Positions 19,111 to 29,220 of a stretch of 64,000 bases of DNA are shown piece after piece. The notes under the pieces were generated by a model. The model was not told the DNA's origin and did not search any database. It worked only from the letters and a program-made list of their open reading frames with translations. Every line of letters begins with the position of its first letter. Position 1 is the stretch's first letter. Location of the stretch: positions 32,001-96,000 of IMG/VR virus record IMGVR_UViG_3300028602_000007. One strand, 5' to 3'. The stretch is from a virus. Lineage: Duplodnaviria > Caudoviricetes. A program made the translations under genes and the position numbers.

Positions 19111-20169
19111 TTATAATTTAAAATTAACAAGTAAATCACTATTATCAATTGATTTTGTATATTTATTTAATTCATTTTTTAAATAAGATCTATATTCTTC
19201 TGGTATAGAATTTAAGGTATAATCAAAATAATTAATTAACCAATTTAATTTAATATCTTTATATTCTAATAATTCTGGTATATCTAAATTATATTTATTC
19301 ATTGCATATATTAAACTAGCACCTTGTTTTAATGGTCTTTTTGATATAAATTTATAAATTTCTGAATTTTTATTATACTTTATTTTTATACCATTTAATA
19401 ATTTTTTTCTAAAACATTTATAACAATTATTACAACCTTTACCATTTACTCCTCTTATACAAGATTGTGCAATTAATTTATTATCATTTACTATTTTATT
19501 TGTTAATATTTCAGAACAAGGAATACATGGGTAAAATAATGGAATATTAGCATTTTTAAAAAAATTAAACCAGTTTTCATAATAATCAGTATTATGAAAA
19601 TCTCTATATTTATATCCTTTTTCTATATATGTTGATTCTAACATCATACCAGTTGATAAATACCCAATATTTAAATAATCTAATAATAATATAAATCCAC
19701 CAAAAAATGAATAATCATTCATAAAACCAGGTCGTAATTGTTGACCAGTTGATTTATTATAATGATATCTAATATCTTCTAGATCTGATTCAATCATTAT
19801 AACATCATGATTTGTATTATTAATAACATATAATGCATTATCATGTTTATATAATGATTTTCCATTTATTATTCTTTTATGATGAAATAAAATTAATTTA
19901 TCTTTTGGTAATAATGAATAAGCAGCAACTGAATCAATTCCACCAGAAAAAGCTAACCCTATTTTATCACCAGAACTTTTTCTTTTAAATTTATAATTTT
20001 TTAATTTTGTATCTATAGGATAATGAAGTATGATTAATGATAATATTTTTAATTCATCATCTACCTCTTTTATATTAAAATAAGATGGCATTATAAAAAT
20101 AGTTTTAATGCCATTATAATTTATAATTAATTCATTATTTTTTTGTGTAAATATTTTATTTAATTCCAT
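19111..20169 (-). CDS. PP-loop (adenine nucleotide alpha-hydrolase) protein with C-terminal Cys cluster, DUF6395/QueC/MurL-like
   Basis: LAFSGGIDS PP-loop; SC...CNNCYKC. Confidence 0.7.
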   Translation of the reverse strand: MELNKIFTQKNNELIINYNGIKTIFIMPSYFNIKEVDDELKILSLIILHYPIDTKLKNYKFKRKSSGDKIGLAFSGGIDSVAAYSLLPKDKLILFHHKRIINGKSLYKHDNALYVINNTNHDVIMIESDLEDIRYHYNKSTGQQLRPGFMNDYSFFGGFILLLDYLNIGYLSTGMMLESTYIEKGYKYRDFHNTDYYENWFNFFKNANIPLFYPCIPCSEILTNKIVNDNKLIAQSCIRGVNGKGCNNCYKCFRKKLLNGIKIKYNKNSEIYKFISKRPLKQGASLIYAMNKYNLDIPELLEYKDIKLNWLINYFDYTLNSIPEEYRSYLKNELNKYTKSIDNSDLLVNFKL

Positions 20170-20213
20170 ATTTTTATTTTTATTTTATTATGTTATATTT
20201 AAATGTTTATATT

Positions 20214-21668
20214 TCATATTTCTTTAGTAAATTTTGCAGTTGTTCTAGGAATATAAATTTCTTCTTTTGAATATTCTTTTTTAATTTGTTTTTTATATGA
20301 ATTTCTTAATTCAGAATTAAACCCTGTTTCTGGATTTAATGTTAAACTTTTAGAATGTAATCTTCTATAAAAAACAGATTTTTCTAGATTATAGAGTCGA
20401 ATACTTGATCCTAATCTATGTATTAATTCAGTATCTGCTCCACATTTCCATGGCATATATCCACCAGCAAAGGAATCTATCATTGCTTTTCTAAAATAAA
20501 TTATTCCATGAGCAATATGTGTTTTTATTTCTACTTGGTTAGTTTTATTTTGAAAATTATTATACGCTAATCTAACAATATCATTGAATCTATTAGCTGC
20601 GACTTCTTTAACTAAAAAGGGTCTCATAATATCATCAGAATCAAATCTTATGATATTATCATATTTTGCTAATGATATTAAAGTATTTGTTGTTATATAA
20701 GTTCCAACGTTTTTATCCATCATATATACACTAAGATTTCGATATTTATGATGTATTTCTTTTAATTTATTTAATGTTTTTTCACAATTATCTACTCCGA
20801 CTAATATTTCAAATTCATTATTATCAATAAAATATGTTTGTTTTTCTATTGAATCTAAACACTCTTCTATATAATCAGCGGTATTATATGCAGTAATTAA
20901 TATGCTAAATGGATATCGGTTTGGATCTTCTGTTGTTGTAGTCGTAGTTGTTGAGACTACTGATTTTTCAAAAATATTGTGTTTAGCTTTACTAATGCTT
21001 TTAGTTAATTTAATAAGTTTTTTATTTTTTTCAAACTCATTAATATATTTTGTGGTTTTATTAGTTGATTTAAATGTAGTATTTTCTAAATCAAATGCAA
21101 TAACTCTATCTAAGTTTAAATTTGAAATATTTGAACTATTTAATAATGCTCCATTTACTAATTGTAGATTACTTAATTTTTTATTAATTAAAAAATTTCG
21201 ATATATTGAATATGTAAACGCAGTATCAGTTATTTGTAAATAAGAATTTCTTCTAATTGAAGAAAACGCAGTTTTGAATTGATTTCCTTTTTTTAAAAAG
21301 CATAACTTTGTTGATATTTTACCTTGATATTGTTTATAAAAAACACTCTCAGTATTAGAAGTTTGTAAATTATTAATAACAAAAAGAGTTGGATCTATAT
21401 AAAACCGATCATCATCAATATATTCAAATAATACTTTAATAAAAGCTTGATTTGAATAATCATTTTCTAAATTATGTGATTCTAATTCTAATATTTTAAA
21501 ATTATTAAAATATTTATTTAGATATTTAAAATTAGAACTAGGTAATTCATAATCAGATAATATAATTAATTCAACTTCTGTATTTTGAAAGCATGTCGCA
21601 ATTGAAAATATTGATTTATTAAAATATTTCTTAATCGAATTATCAAAATATGTATATACTTTGATCAT
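20214..21668 (-). CDS. two-domain glycosyltransferase (degenerate N-terminal GT-like domain plus C-terminal GT2)
   Basis: SILITAYNTADYIEECLDSI, VGVDN, RFDSDD, GADTEL; poly-Thr linker. Confidence 0.8.
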   Translation of the reverse strand: MIKVYTYFDNSIKKYFNKSIFSIATCFQNTEVELIILSDYELPSSNFKYLNKYFNNFKILELESHNLENDYSNQAFIKVLFEYIDDDRFYIDPTLFVINNLQTSNTESVFYKQYQGKISTKLCFLKKGNQFKTAFSSIRRNSYLQITDTAFTYSIYRNFLINKKLSNLQLVNGALLNSSNISNLNLDRVIAFDLENTTFKSTNKTTKYINEFEKNKKLIKLTKSISKAKHNIFEKSVVSTTTTTTTEDPNRYPFSILITAYNTADYIEECLDSIEKQTYFIDNNEFEILVGVDNCEKTLNKLKEIHHKYRNLSVYMMDKNVGTYITTNTLISLAKYDNIIRFDSDDIMRPFLVKEVAANRFNDIVRLAYNNFQNKTNQVEIKTHIAHGIIYFRKAMIDSFAGGYMPWKCGADTELIHRLGSSIRLYNLEKSVFYRRLHSKSLTLNPETGFNSELRNSYKKQIKKEYSKEEIYIPRTTAKFTKEI

Positions 21669-21698
21669 TTTTGGTAAATTTATTTTATTTATTAATAT

Positions 21699-21725
21699 AA
21701 ACTAATATTATACATTTAGTATAGT
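21699..21725 (+). promoter_or_regulatory. putative pre-late promoter AAACT-N16-TATAGT
   Basis: Upstream of dnaJ. Confidence 0.5.
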
Positions 21726-21747
21726 ACTCAAAAAAAGCAAATAGATT

Positions 21748-22620
21748 TTGGAAAAAGAAACATATTATTCTATATTAGGAATCACAAAAGAAGCAACTGA
21801 TAAAGAAATTAAAAAAGCATATCGAGATCTTTCTAAAAAATATCATCCAGATAAAAACCCAGATGGAGAAGATATGTTTAAAAAAATAACAGAAGCATAT
21901 TCAGTATTAAGTGATCCTATAAAAAAACAGAATTATGATATTTCTGGAAATCCAGATAATTCATTGAATTCTATGTTTAGTCATATGACTACTATTATCC
22001 GAGCAGAACATCTAAATGTATATTTGGAAGAATCATTGTCAATTCTTGAATTAATAAATGGCGTAAACCGTACACTTAAATATACAATAACTAATTCTAG
22101 TTTATCAGAAAGTAAAACTGAAGAAAAAAAAGTTACTTATAAAATTAATATGTCAACTTCAACATATCCAATGATTATGTTAGATGATAAAGTTGGGATT
22201 GTATTAAAAGTTAAAGGAGCTGGCTCTAATCAAGAAATTGAAGGATTTGGAATGGGATTTGGCGGTAAAAAAACAATGTTAGCGTCTGGCGATTTATATA
22301 TTAAAATAAATATAGATTGGAAAGATCTTATTTTATCAGAAAATGGCGATCTTATTCATAATTATGAAATGCAATTATATGATATATTATTTAATGACGA
22401 AAATGTATTAGAAACAGTTTTTAATAAAAAATATAAAATAAAAAAGATTAATTCTAAATCTTTAGATAATATTAAAATTAAAATACCTAAAATTGGAATA
22501 ATGAACAATTTTGGAATTAGAGGATCTTATATTTTTAAAATTATTCCAATTATGCCAGATCTTTCTAAACTTAATGAAGATAAACTTACCTCTCTTAAAG
22601 AATTGCTTAGAAACCTTTGA
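21748..22620 (+). CDS. dnaJ: DnaJ-family co-chaperone
   Basis: J-domain YYSILG...IKKAYR...KYHPDKN with HPD motif; C-terminal GDLYI; TTG start. Confidence 0.9.
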   Translation: MEKETYYSILGITKEATDKEIKKAYRDLSKKYHPDKNPDGEDMFKKITEAYSVLSDPIKKQNYDISGNPDNSLNSMFSHMTTIIRAEHLNVYLEESLSILELINGVNRTLKYTITNSSLSESKTEEKKVTYKINMSTSTYPMIMLDDKVGIVLKVKGAGSNQEIEGFGMGFGGKKTMLASGDLYIKINIDWKDLILSENGDLIHNYEMQLYDILFNDENVLETVFNKKYKIKKINSKSLDNIKIKIPKIGIMNNFGIRGSYIFKIIPIMPDLSKLNEDKLTSLKELLRNL

Positions 22621-22662
22621 TAAATAAGATTAGTTAATGTTTTATATTTTATAAACATTACT

Positions 22663-22670
22663 AATAAATA
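22663..22670 (+). promoter_or_regulatory. T4-like late promoter for gp21
   Basis: AATAAATA about 20 nt before the TTG. Confidence 0.65.
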
Positions 22671-22691
22671 TTTAAAAAAGTTTCTAAGAAG

Positions 22692-24689
22692 TTGACTAAT
22701 ACTGCGACATTACTTAATAGTAAAACAAAGCTTTCTCCTAATGAAGTTTTAATTTTAGAGAAAGTAAATTCGCCATTAACATATTCAGAAGATAGTAGCG
22801 GCGATATTATAATGGAAGGAACTTGTGCGGTATTCGGTAAAATGAATGATAATAACCGAGTATATGAAAAACAAGAATACCTACCACATTTATCATATCT
22901 TTCTGAAAAAATCAAAAAAGGCCAATTATTTGGTGAATTAGACCATCCTCAAAGTTTTGATGTTTCCTTAAAAAACGTATCTCATGTAGTAGAATCATTA
23001 ACATATGATGAACCGAGTAATAGTGTAAAAATAAGATTACGGATACTAAATACTCCAAGTGGAAGAATTGCAAAAACTCTTATTAAAGCAGGTGCAACTA
23101 TTTCAAGTTCATCAAGGGCAGCTGGACAAGTTTTAGAGAATGGAACTGTTAAACTACATAAGATTTTTACTTATGATTTAGTAGCAGAGCCTGGATTTAA
23201 TGAAGCTGCTCTATCTAAAGTTGCTGAAAGTTTACAAGGTAATTATAGCATGATATTAGAATCATTAGATACACTTCAATCTACTTCGATTACTAACAAG
23301 TTAGTTGACATTTCTGAAAATTTAAATTTTTCAGATTCTGTGAAAATTTTTAAAATAAATAATTCTGATATTAATAAGACTTCACAAAATAATGAAAATA
23401 TAATGGCTAATGACTATGTAACTAGAGAGGAAATGAATCAATATTCTGAAGTTGTTAAGAAAAGATTTTCTCAATTAAAAGAAAGTATTTCTAAAAATAA
23501 TGATGATTTGTTAACACTTTCGGAAAACAGTACAGATAATAATCCTATTACAGAAAAACTTATAGAATTTACGAATTACCTAGCAGGCGAAATGCAACAA
23601 ATTATTGAATTTACAGATTATTTGTCAACTATGATGAATAAAGGAATTGGATATACTGAACACGTTGCTGAAAAAGTTAATAATGTAATTGATTATTCTG
23701 ATTATTTAGCAGGAATGACAAGTAAAAATATTGATTTTTCTAATTACTTAGGAGAAAAACTTAATCAAGGATTAAATTATACTGAGTATGTTGGAAATAT
23801 GACAGAAAAAAGTATTTTATTTGGAAATTACTTAGCTGAAAACATTAATAAAGGAATTGCATATACTGAATATATTGGGGAACAGACATCAAAAGGACTT
23901 AATTTCTCTAATTACTTAGCTGAAAATATTAATAATGCTATTAAGTATTCTGAATATCTAGGTAGCAATATCAAAAAAGGAATTGCATATACTGAATATA
24001 TCGCAGAAACGATGAATCAAAATGTTGGATCAACAGCTTCTGCTAAAACACGAAGACTATTGTCTGATGTTACTGCGTTAAATGAAAATAAAGAAATTGC
24101 AATAAACGAAAATTCATCAATTGATAATATTGTAGCAGCAGTAGATGGAATAATCGAAAACATTTCATCGAATTCAGCAAAATCTGTTTTAGAAAATAAA
24201 TACCCATTCTTAAAATTCTTAACTGAATCTAATAAGAAAAAGTTTTATTCATTAGATAAAGATATGCAAAAAGCAATTGTTGAAACTCTTAGTGGAGCAG
24301 TATATTTCAATGAAGAACAAGTAATTAGTTTAATGGAAGCAGTAATCAATAAAGAACAGGAAAATATTCCTAACTATATTAGATTTATGCCACCTACATA
24401 TAAAGAAATTTATGAAAATATGGATAATTCTGAAAAAAATATGATTGCTGCACAAGCATCAGTAGTAACAGTAAATACTCCATATCAAGTAAAAGCTTTT
24501 TGGGATTCAAGAGATTTACGTGCAATAAATGAAAGAATTGCAAGAAATGAAGAAATAAATAAAAATCAAAATACAGCAGTTAACGAAAGCCGAAGTAAAG
24601 AAGGATTAGTGTCGTTAGAGTCTGTATACGAAAGTATGCGTGGATATTCAAATGCATACTTAGAAGCTCTCAAAAGAAGAGCGTATTAA
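22692..24689 (+). CDS. gp21: prohead protease (gp21-like) fused to scaffold/core domain
   Basis: NDNNRVY, GELDHP, VSH, TPSGRI, SSRAAG, TYDLVAEPGF gp21 motifs; long helical C-terminal region; directly upstream of gp23. Confidence 0.9.
   Translation: MTNTATLLNSKTKLSPNEVLILEKVNSPLTYSEDSSGDIIMEGTCAVFGKMNDNNRVYEKQEYLPHLSYLSEKIKKGQLFGELDHPQSFDVSLKNVSHVVESLTYDEPSNSVKIRLRILNTPSGRIAKTLIKAGATISSSSRAAGQVLENGTVKLHKIFTYDLVAEPGFNEAALSKVAESLQGNYSMILESLDTLQSTSITNKLVDISENLNFSDSVKIFKINNSDINKTSQNNENIMANDYVTREEMNQYSEVVKKRFSQLKESISKNNDDLLTLSENSTDNNPITEKLIEFTNYLAGEMQQIIEFTDYLSTMMNKGIGYTEHVAEKVNNVIDYSDYLAGMTSKNIDFSNYLGEKLNQGLNYTEYVGNMTEKSILFGNYLAENINKGIAYTEYIGEQTSKGLNFSNYLAENINNAIKYSEYLGSNIKKGIAYTEYIAETMNQNVGSTASAKTRRLLSDVTALNENKEIAINENSSIDNIVAAVDGIIENISSNSAKSVLENKYPFLKFLTESNKKKFYSLDKDMQKAIVETLSGAVYFNEEQVISLMEAVINKEQENIPNYIRFMPPTYKEIYENMDNSEKNMIAAQASVVTVNTPYQVKAFWDSRDLRAINERIARNEEINKNQNTAVNESRSKEGLVSLESVYESMRGYSNAYLEALKRRAY
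23354..23361 (+). promoter_or_regulatory. internal late promoter for a nested scaffold ORF
   Basis: AATAAATA about 40 nt before in-frame ATG 23403. Confidence 0.45.
23556..24017 (+). repeat. eleven imperfect 14-aa repeats in the scaffold domain
   Basis: Periodic (K/N)xIx(Y/F)(T/S)(E/D/N)YLAE-type units, e.g. KGIAYTEYIGEQTS, KGLNFSNYLAENIN. Confidence 0.8.
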
Positions 24690-24706
24690 AAAAAGCCTCA
24701 TAAAAA

Positions 24707-26413
24707 ATGGCAACATCAAAAATTTTCAAAAAGTTAAACGATCAGCATGTAATTGATACGTGGATGCCTATTTTGGAAAGCTATGGAGCAAGCAAAGAGA
24801 CTTTAAATGCTAGACCTTGGTTAGTTGACATAGCACATTATCATGCAATTTTTGATAATGCAGGCGCAGTTAACGAATCAACTGCACCTGGTTTATTTTA
24901 TCAACAACCTGGTTCAGTTAGCAATATGGGTTCAATTAGTGCACCAACTAGCTCAATGACTCCTTTTTCAGCATTCGGTGCTGGAACCGCAGCTAAAGCA
25001 AGTTATGCAAGTTCTGGATCTGGTGATAAATTCCCGAGTTTACTTCCTGTAGCTATTCAAGTTGCAGCTAAAACTATTGGTTTTGATATGGTTGGTGTAG
25101 TTCCTATGGACGCACCGGTTGGTTTCTTACCATATTTAGATTATGTATACCAAGGTGGTAATACTGATCAAGAATACAATCCATTCGTAGTAAAAATTAA
25201 TGGAGTTAAAGGTTCAACTGTTCTTACTACAGGAGGAACATTCTCTCAATTAATTAGTGGTGACACTGCTACTATTACAGTTGGTGGTGATGTATTAACA
25301 TTATCTTTTATTGGTTTCTCAAGAGTTGACGGAACTGGTATGTGGAAAGTTATTAGTGATTCATCAACTAGCGGAGAAAAATCATTAGCTGATTATATTA
25401 CAACTGGTAGTGTTTTCACAACGGCAACAATTGCAGGAGCTGCATTAGTTAAAACTTATACACTTCTAGCAGCAAATACTCCATCATTAGTATCTGCATT
25501 AGAAAACCATATTTCTGGATTCACAACTTCATCTGATGCAAATTATGCAACTGATGCATGGGACGGACCATATCTTGGAACAACTGATTCTCAAATCGAA
25601 GGAATGAAGAGAGAAACAGCAGAAGTTTCTAAATTCCGTCAAATGGGTTTAAAAATGTTCACTAAGTTCGTTGAAGCTAAGGGCGACCAAGTATCTGTCT
25701 CAGCAACAGTTGAGCAGATCCAAGATCTTAATAGAGTTTGGAACTTTGACGTTATTTCTATGTTAGAAAATGTTGCAGTTAACGAAGTGGCACAATCAAT
25801 TAACAAAAAACTTGTTGATAGATGCTTTGCACTCGGAGCAATACATAAAACTAACATTGATGCAATCGAAGGTAGTGGAATTACTACATTGGATTTAACA
25901 GTTGGTTCTGGATTCGAAAATGTTTCTACTCTACAACGTAGAGTTGTTACTAAGATCTTAGAAATGGCTAACTTGATTTATCACAGAGGTCGTTTTGGAG
26001 CAGGTACGCATATCGTTACTAACGGTAGAGTAGCATCAGCTCTAGCAGACGTATCTGGATATTCAATCGCACCATTTAATAATGATCTTCCATCAGGACC
26101 TGGACAATTATATCCAGCTGGTAAAGTTCACGGTTTAACAATTTATGTTGATCCTAACCTCAAATTTGGTGATAATAGAATTCATATTGGACGTAAAGGC
26201 GCAGATGAAGAACCAGGTATTAAATTCTTACCTTATATCATGGCAGAATCTCTACAAACTATTTCCGAAGGTACATTCTCACCAAAAATTGGTTTAAAAT
26301 CACGTTATGCTATTACTGAAGCAGGATGGCACCCAGAAACTCAGTACATCACAATGACTGTTAATGGTCTTGGAGTACTTACTGGATCGGTTGCTCCTTC
26401 TACTGCGTATTAA
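24707..26413 (+). CDS. gp23: major capsid protein (T4 gp23-like)
   Basis: VGVVPMDAPVG, NEVAQSINK, IYVDP, PYI...TFSPKIGLKSRYA motifs; highly expressed-type codon usage. Confidence 0.95.
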   Translation: MATSKIFKKLNDQHVIDTWMPILESYGASKETLNARPWLVDIAHYHAIFDNAGAVNESTAPGLFYQQPGSVSNMGSISAPTSSMTPFSAFGAGTAAKASYASSGSGDKFPSLLPVAIQVAAKTIGFDMVGVVPMDAPVGFLPYLDYVYQGGNTDQEYNPFVVKINGVKGSTVLTTGGTFSQLISGDTATITVGGDVLTLSFIGFSRVDGTGMWKVISDSSTSGEKSLADYITTGSVFTTATIAGAALVKTYTLLAANTPSLVSALENHISGFTTSSDANYATDAWDGPYLGTTDSQIEGMKRETAEVSKFRQMGLKMFTKFVEAKGDQVSVSATVEQIQDLNRVWNFDVISMLENVAVNEVAQSINKKLVDRCFALGAIHKTNIDAIEGSGITTLDLTVGSGFENVSTLQRRVVTKILEMANLIYHRGRFGAGTHIVTNGRVASALADVSGYSIAPFNNDLPSGPGQLYPAGKVHGLTIYVDPNLKFGDNRIHIGRKGADEEPGIKFLPYIMAESLQTISEGTFSPKIGLKSRYAITEAGWHPETQYITMTVNGLGVLTGSVAPSTAY

Positions 26414-26438
26414 TATCTAACAAAATCTTAATTGATAT

Positions 26439-26467
26439 AAACTCCTAATTTATTAGGAGTTTTTTTT
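26439..26467 (+). terminator. intrinsic terminator after gp23
   Basis: AAACTCCTAAT/ATTAGGAGTTT stem followed by T-run. Confidence 0.85.
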
Positions 26468-26519
26468 GTATAATTAAGATATATAAAAATAAACCAATTT
26501 TAAGAGAAATCATAGCACT

Positions 26520-28214
26520 ATGGAAAAACAAATTAAAGAATTAAGAGAAACTTTAAAATATAAAAAAGAACATAAAATACGAATAATTAAAGAACTTAAA
26601 GAATTATCAATTAATCAACAATTAATTGATTATATCATGATTAAATATGATATAAAAGATTTAAATATTTCCCAACTATTATATGAAGTGTTAACTGATG
26701 GAACTAACTCTACTTGTGTTTGTGGAAGAAAAAAACAGTTCTATCGATATTCATCAGGATATCACAAAACGTGTGGAAAAAAAGAATGCATAGACATAAG
26801 TAGAAATAAAAATTATAAAAAAACTATTAAAAATAAATATGGAGTAAACCATGCAACTCAACTAAAAACAACTAGAGATAAACAAAAACAAACAATGTTA
26901 AAAAAATATGGAGTCGATCATAATTCAAAAGGAGAATTAAGACAAAATTATACAAATACAATGTTAAAAAAATATGGAGTCGATTCGCCATTAAAAAATA
27001 AAGAAATATTAGAAAAAAGAAATAATACTGTTTTATCTAAATTTGGAACATTAGATTTCATACAATCAAATAAAACAAAAGAAACTAATTTACAAAAATA
27101 TGGATTTGAAAACGCAGCAAAAAATGAAAAAATTAAAGAAAAAATTAAAGAATCAAACACTAAAACCAGTATTAAAATCGCAGCAAAGAAATTACAAAAA
27201 CACGATATCGAAATAATAAAGTATTATTCAGATTCTCAAAAATATGAACTACTTTGTAAAAAATGTGGAAATTCTTTAAGTTTACCAGGATGCTCAGTTA
27301 ATACTAGATTAAGACAAAACGAATCGCCATGTTTGATTTGTAATCCATACGTTCCAGATAAATCAAGTTCAAATTTAGAAAAAGAAATTATTGCTTTTAT
27401 TAAAGAAATATCAAACATACCAATTTTAACTAATTATAAACAAGCAATTAAAAATATTGAATTTGATATTTATTTCCCTACTAAAAAAATTGCAATTGAA
27501 GTTAATGGAGTATATTGGCATTCTGAAATTTTTAAAGAAAAAAAATATCATTTTACTAAATCACAATTAGCAATAAATAATGAAATTAAAGTATATCAAA
27601 TATGGGAAGATGACTGGAATTTGAATAAAGAATTAATAAAAAATATGATTAGTATTTGGTTAAATCATGACATTACAACTATTTATGCCAGAAATTGTAA
27701 TATAAAAATAATTAATAATAAAACAGCAATAGACTTTTGTAATACTAATCATTTAAAACGTGGAAAATCGTCAACTATACAAATTGGATTATTTAATAAA
27801 ACTGAATTAATTGGGGTTATGACATTTTTAAAAATAAAAAATATATGGCACTTAGATCGATTATGTTTTAAACAAAAAACTAAAGTGATTGGTGGAGCAT
27901 CTAAGTTATTAAAATTTTTTATTAGAAACTACTCTCCCAATAAAATTTTAACAAAAGCCGATGTTGATTTAAGCCCAGATAAAAATAATAACGTTTATCA
28001 AAAATTAGGATTTAAAAATATTGGATGGACTCAGTCTTATAGTTGGGTAATAAATGGAATTAGAGAAAACCGCCGTAAATTTACAAAAAAGAAATTAGTT
28101 AAACTTGGATATTCAACTAAACTTAGTGAATCTGAAATAATGAGTAATCTAAAATATTATAGAACTTTCGAAAGTGGAAATTGGTCATATTGTTTAAACT
28201 CTACAAACTTATGA
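26520..28214 (+). mobile_element. free-standing homing-endonuclease-like gene (KYG repeats, Zn ribbons, Vsr/DUF559-type PD-(D/E)xK nuclease, C-terminal GNAT-like region)
   Basis: CVCG, repeated KKYGV(D/N), CKKCG/CLICNP, EFDIYFP...AIEVNGVYWH...IWEDDW; sits immediately after gp23. Confidence 0.75.
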
Positions 28215-28224
28215 AAACTTCCCT

Positions 28225-28232
28225 AATAAATA
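28225..28232 (+). promoter_or_regulatory. T4-like late promoter for the internal-protein cluster
   Basis: AATAAATA. Confidence 0.6.
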
Positions 28233-28269
28233 AAGATAGTTATTAATATTAAAAAAAAAGTAAATAAAC

Positions 28270-28692
28270 ATGGGTAAAAATGTTGTTATGTCATATGATG
28301 AATTTCTATTAGAAAAGAAAACTAATCAAGAACTAAGTAATTCTACTCCAAGCGGAAGTAAAATTTCTAATTCAGTAAATGACAATATGGCTAAACTGCC
28401 AGAGAAAAAAGGATCTACTCCAAATAAACGAACAGATTCTAATATGGCTAAAATGCCAGAGAAAAAAGGAAGTATTCCTAAAAAAAGAGTAAATCAAGGT
28501 ACAACGACTTTGCCTACTAAAAAAGGATCTGCTCTAACTAAAGTAATTAATCAAAATACCGCAGATCTTCCAAAAGGAGGAAGTTCATTAAGTAAAACAG
28601 TTGATCCAAAAATGGCAAAAATGCTAATTGGCAAAGTTACTCCAAATGCAGCAGTTAATAAAGCATATACTGGAATGAAAAATAAAAAATAA
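28270..28692 (+). CDS. basic repetitive protein with CTS-like N-terminus (probable internal head protein)
   Basis: MSYDEFLLE followed by ~20-aa repeats NMAKLPEKKGS; late promoter 28225-28232. Confidence 0.6.
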   Translation: MGKNVVMSYDEFLLEKKTNQELSNSTPSGSKISNSVNDNMAKLPEKKGSTPNKRTDSNMAKMPEKKGSIPKKRVNQGTTTLPTKKGSALTKVINQNTADLPKGGSSLSKTVDPKMAKMLIGKVTPNAAVNKAYTGMKNKK

Positions 28693-28698
28693 GATTAA

Positions 28699-29217
28699 AT
28701 GACAAATCAATCTATAAAAGCATATGCTACATTTGAATCATTTGAACAAGATATGAATTCAATTGATACAACTGGAACTGAAGTTGAACTAGATAGTCCA
28801 ATTGAAAATCTTTATCAAGAAAATGTAGAAAATTTGCCAGATACGATAGAAGATGCATATAGACAAGGATTAGAAGATATGCATAATTATATAGAAAATC
28901 GAGAATCTGAAATAATTGAAGAACCTGATCCAGAAGATCCATCCGGTCCCCCGGTTGTTAATGAAGAAAATTCATTAAAAGATTTGGTTGGAAAATCAGA
29001 TGATGAAGAATTAGATTTAGATGACGCTAGATCTATTGGAAAGAAAATTTCTAAAATGAAAGGAGACGATCGAAAAAAGTATGTAGGAATTGTTAATTTC
29101 ATGGGAGCATCTTGTCGAATATATAATGAAATTTGGGCAAATTATAAACCAGTTGATCCTTCTAAGAAAAAATCGAATAAAGGAAAAGAATTTAAAGGTA
29201 ATAAAGATAGATATTAA
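28699..29217 (+). CDS. hypothetical protein, acidic N-half and basic C-half (probable head protein)
   Basis: ATFESFE motif; VNE site before the C-terminal domain. Confidence 0.5.
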   Translation: MTNQSIKAYATFESFEQDMNSIDTTGTEVELDSPIENLYQENVENLPDTIEDAYRQGLEDMHNYIENRESEIIEEPDPEDPSGPPVVNEENSLKDLVGKSDDEELDLDDARSIGKKISKMKGDDRKKYVGIVNFMGASCRIYNEIWANYKPVDPSKKKSNKGKEFKGNKDRY

Positions 29218-29220
29218 ATA

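Noticed and set aside
19111-20169. 7-deazaguanine DNA modification pathway (QueC)
   Set aside because: Only a PP-loop/Cys-cluster similarity; no folE, queD, queE or dpdA in the window
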